In this document: piece after piece, positions 60,254 through 64,000 of the stretch
How positions within the stretch are numbered: the first letter of the stretch is position 1
Layout: every line of letters starts with the position of its first letter
Position numbers and translations under genes: made by a program
DNA from: the human T2T-CHM13v2.0 reference genome, Homo sapiens
NCBI RefSeq assembly: GCF_009914755.1
Contig: NC_060930.1
Strand: one strand, 5' to 3'
Length of the DNA: 64,000 nt
The notes under the pieces: generated by a model
The model's input: only the letters and a program-made list of their open reading frames with translations
The model's database searches: none
Told to the model about the DNA's origin: nothing

Positions 60254-61189
60254 GAAATTATGGTGTCCAAGCTTTTTGCTTTAAAGACCAGCAAGTTGAA
60301 ACCAGAGAATTCCAAATTTAGATTTAGGCATAAAATTTAGGTTATCTGACTGCCAAGCTATTGCATTTCCCACTATTACAGTTGGGAATAATAAATATAT
60401 AATTCCTTGATACATTTAATATTGCATATTTCACAGATTTTACAACTGAAGGCTCTGTGTCTTACTAACCAGGGACTGAAATCACTGAACTTGAAAGGAC
60501 AAGCACCGAGTAGGTCTAGAGATTGAGTAATTGCATCCCAATCACTCCGACTTCATCAGCTGGTAAATATTAACACACACCCTCACCACCAGATTAATGG
60601 GAAATCCAGGCATTTCCAGGGATTTCTCTTCCAAATATTTTCAAAAACATGAAGTTTAAAACTACAACTAGAAGCTGCCACAGGCCACAGCGTTTATGCT
60701 CCTTAACCAGTGAAAATTTCCCTGCTGATTCTTCAGTATGTGATTTGCTCAGAATCAGAGCTGCCATCTACAGGTCCACAGTCTCTCTGAGAGTAGAGAT
60801 CTCAGGCCATTGACTGTGCTACAACATTGATTCTACCATAATCCACCGAATTCCATACCGTGAACAAGATTCTGCTATTTCTACTAACAACCTCTCTCTA
60901 CATCTGTGGTATTTCCCCTCTCCAGCCAGTTGTGAATTGATTTTTATTTCTTGTGTCTAGCTCTTCCAGTGCAATATTTTAGAAAGAGTACATTCATTTT
61001 TACCATGATCATCTTTCCTCAGGAGTGCACAGGCATAAGGATTGTCATCACGGATCTCACTCAGGCTCTGTTAGTATCTATTCATTCCAAGCATGCTCTG
61101 AAGCAAAGCCTGACCAACCATTCTAGAATTATTCTTCACTCACAGTGATTTTTCTTTCAAAAGACCTATTTTCTGTCCTTATAGTCTTT

Positions 61190-61645
61190 TTTTTATGGCA
61201 CCAGTATTGTTTGCAGATTTTTAAAGGCCCAAATACAAGAAAACCCAAATTAAACTTAAACAAAAAGTGGAATTGATGTCTAACGAATTGATGAGTAGAG
61301 AAGTAGGTATAACATCACAAACAGCCTGGTTCAGGGACTCAAACCTAATTCGTTGCTGGGCTCCAATCCTTCTGGATTAACCACATTCTCATTCACTATC
61401 TCTATACTGTGGTCCCACAATAGCTCTGACTCACCTTGCTTGGCTGCAGTATTCTAAGCCTTGTATCTTTAGACTAACAGTTTGTTTCTACATTCCTGTC
61501 AGAGGAAGGTTTATTTTAATTGGATGAGTCAAAGTTACATATCCATTCTTGAACCAATTGCTATAAAATGGACACAGTTTGTTTAAGTCAACTAGAATCA
61601 ACCTCAAAACTTGGAGAGGACATCACCCCCACTAAAATATAGACT
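61190..61645 (-). mobile_element. Old MLT1 (J/K/L-like) LTR remnant
   Basis: 'aattggatgagtcaaagttacatatccattcttgaaccaattgct'. Confidence 0.45.
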
Positions 61646-61670
61646 GACACCTTTACTAAGACAATATAAA

Positions 61671-61718
61671 CAATCTCAGCTCTAGACCAATCTCAGTTCT
61701 AGACCAATCTCAGTTCTA
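61671..61718. repeat. 17-bp tandem repeat, ~2.8 copies
   Basis: caatctcag[c/t]tctagac units start at 61671, 61688 and 61705. Confidence 0.95.
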
Positions 61719-62139
61719 AATTTGACTCCACCTTTTGCTTTTCCTGACATCTAGCTCAATGTGACCCTATATTTAGGCCTGATTACTTCAAGATGGCAAT
61801 GTAACATTACGTTATCATTCATAAATACTGGTCCTTAGGTGAAAGATACGACACAATTAGTAAGTGCTGTCTAGAAATTTTGATGAGACCAACTAAATGG
61901 GAAAAAAGCTTGAAAGGAATTTTACACACAGATATTCCCTTGTCATCACTAATGCAGGATACATAGATAAAATAAAGGTTTGGATATTATAACAGTTTTT
62001 TTCCTTCAAAGTGTTTTCCTCTGTTTTTGTGTCTAAGGATCTCTTATTCCCAAGGATATTTAATGAAAACTTGTATATTTAAATGATCAAAAAGAATATT
62101 CATACTAGATACATTTATCAATTCAATACAAAAGAGTCA

Positions 62140-62362
62140 TTGTGAAGTAAAGAAAATAAGTTCAAGTGCTTAAGCCCTGGGTGAGAATCCTGTTTCTGCT
62201 ATTTATTTCCCATTATGTCTCATCTCAGTTTCTTCATCTGCAAAATGGGGATGATTAACATGCATCTTATATGGTGTTGGTGAGGATTAAATAAGAGCAT
62301 TTATATAAAGAAGCTGAGTGAACACCTGGTACATATTAGGTATGCAGTTAAGTATTAGTTTC
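62140..62362 (+). mobile_element. MIR
   Basis: Core 'ctcagtttcttcatctgcaaaatggggatgatt...ggtgttggtgaggattaaataag'. Confidence 0.85.
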
Positions 62363-62598
62363 CTCTCTTTCTATCACTCATTGGATATTTTTTCTTCATT
62401 AATGAATAATAAGGGATTGAAGAGAAGCTTAATATGCATGAATTCATTCCACACTTCAATAAAAACTATGAAATGTCATATTGGTCATCAGGTTCCCATG
62501 TCAAAGAAGACTCCTATGTCTTGGCTATTAAAATTAAAGATCATACATAAATAAGAAGAAATCTATGCTGAATTCAAACTTAAAAGGTAGGGATAGTG

Positions 62599-63592
62599 TG
62601 ATATCAAAGAAAAATTCCACTGGATGGAGTTAAGCAGGAAAAGGAGATGCTATTCAAAACTGTTGACATAGGGGAGAGAGACTGAATTCAACTCCACAGA
62701 AACAAAAGATGGAAGCGTTTTTAAGAGCTGGAAAGAGCTGGTGGGAAAGTACTGGAGTATGCCATGAGGAGATTAGTTAAGGTTATTGAAATCTGTCCTG
62801 TTGTCCCATAGAACAGATGTTTATGGTTTCTTTGAATAAACATAGAAATTGATCCTTCCAGTCTTAAAACTTGAGAAAGTTACATTTGTCTTATCTGAGT
62901 TCCTTTCTCAGGAAACCAACCTTCAGGACTACCAGATAGTATAAAGGAACTTAAACTTACCAGATCACCACATCTGGACAATGAAATTCCAGACCACTCA
63001 TTGCCTAACCAACCACCTGCTTCTTGTTGACAAACTTCTCTTCCTTACCCCTCCCTAATTCCTGTTTCCCTGCACATAGTTACATTTCTTCCCTGCTATA
63101 TAAACCTCTAATTTTAGTCACTCAGGGAGATAAATTTGAAACTATTCGTCCTTCTCCTTGGCTGCAGCACCCAATTAAAGCCTTCTTCCCTGGCAATACT
63201 CATTGTCTCAGTGACTGGCTTTCTGTGTGGTGAACAAGACCCAGAAAGAACACTTGGCATTTTGGTAATATTATTAGATCATCATTGTTTGCTAACTGCT
63301 GCTTATCAAAGTTAGGCTCCTCACCTCCCACAGAGACTGGGAGATAGATTTTTTTCTTGACGATTATATTTCAAAGGGAAGGCAACCAGGCCTTTGGGAA
63401 AGACATTTGCTAGTTGTGAAACTAGCAAGAAGCTGGTAAAAGTTTTATATCTTAGGGGAAGAGAAATAATTTACAATTGCAAGTTTTTAAAGGTAAGCAT
63501 CCTAAAAAAGGGGATATCAGAGGTCTATAGTTAGGAAGAAATCTGTCTAAAATGTAGTTAAGTGGAGGGAAACGTTAAGCCTGTCTTGGTCA
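62599..63592 (-). mobile_element. MER31-like ERV1 LTR split by a MER39-like LTR
   Basis: 'ataggggagagagactgaattcaactccacagaaacaaaag' on the left. It resumes after 63274 and ends 'gtcttggtca'. Confidence 0.7.
62787..63270 (+). mobile_element. MER39-like ERV1 solo LTR
   Basis: 'ttaaagccttcttccctggcaatactcattgtctcagtgactggctttctgtg'. 4-bp TSD ttat (62783-62786, 63271-63274). Confidence 0.8.
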
Positions 63593-64000
63593 GTGACACA
63601 GTGCAAGAGGAGTACGGCTTTGGTGACACTTGGGATTGAGCTTTTAGAGAGTATGAACCTACATAGTTTCTGTCTGAGATTTAATCCCTAGATCTTCCAA
63701 ACAGATTTAAATCTACATTCATCACAAAGTTTTAGGATTATTGTATTTAAATGCTCTTCTCACCAAGAACAGAAGATGAACATATTTATTTACTAGGAAA
63801 TTAAATTTCATTATGGTATTCAATTTAAAAATCTCATAACCAAAATAACTTATTTAATCATTGATTTTCTTTTAACTAAACATGTTTTTAGAATTCACAA
63901 GACACTATTCTGCCAGAAATCTAAACTAAAGGAGTCATTTTTTGTGTGTGTTCAGATACATTGAAAAGAGCACCTGGGTTTTCAAAAATAAAAAACCAAA

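Overview
This is AT-rich, CpG-depleted primate genomic DNA. A young L1PA2-like insertion points to a great ape, most likely human. It looks like a gene desert or the interior of a long intron. I find no credible protein-coding gene, CpG island, tRNA/rRNA gene or CRISPR array. The supplied ORFs are decayed L1 ORF2, Alu, ERVL pol or microsatellite read-throughs, or chance ORFs. The window is a layered record of transposable elements: several L1s (four with 5' inversions), 10 Alus, MaLR LTRs, a decayed ERVL provirus carrying nested MaLR/Alu insertions, ERV1 LTRs, L2/MIR/L3 fragments and small DNA transposons. It also holds a tailless U2 snRNA retrocopy. The most unusual observations are mutational scars: an Alu with an internal inversion and palindromic filler, a ~97-bp copy templated from 2.2 kb away, patchwork filler tracts, and many short tandem duplications. 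I see no evidence for a new multi-gene biological system. Subfamily names come from remembered consensus features and need RepeatMasker/Dfam confirmation. Boundaries of old elements are approximate.
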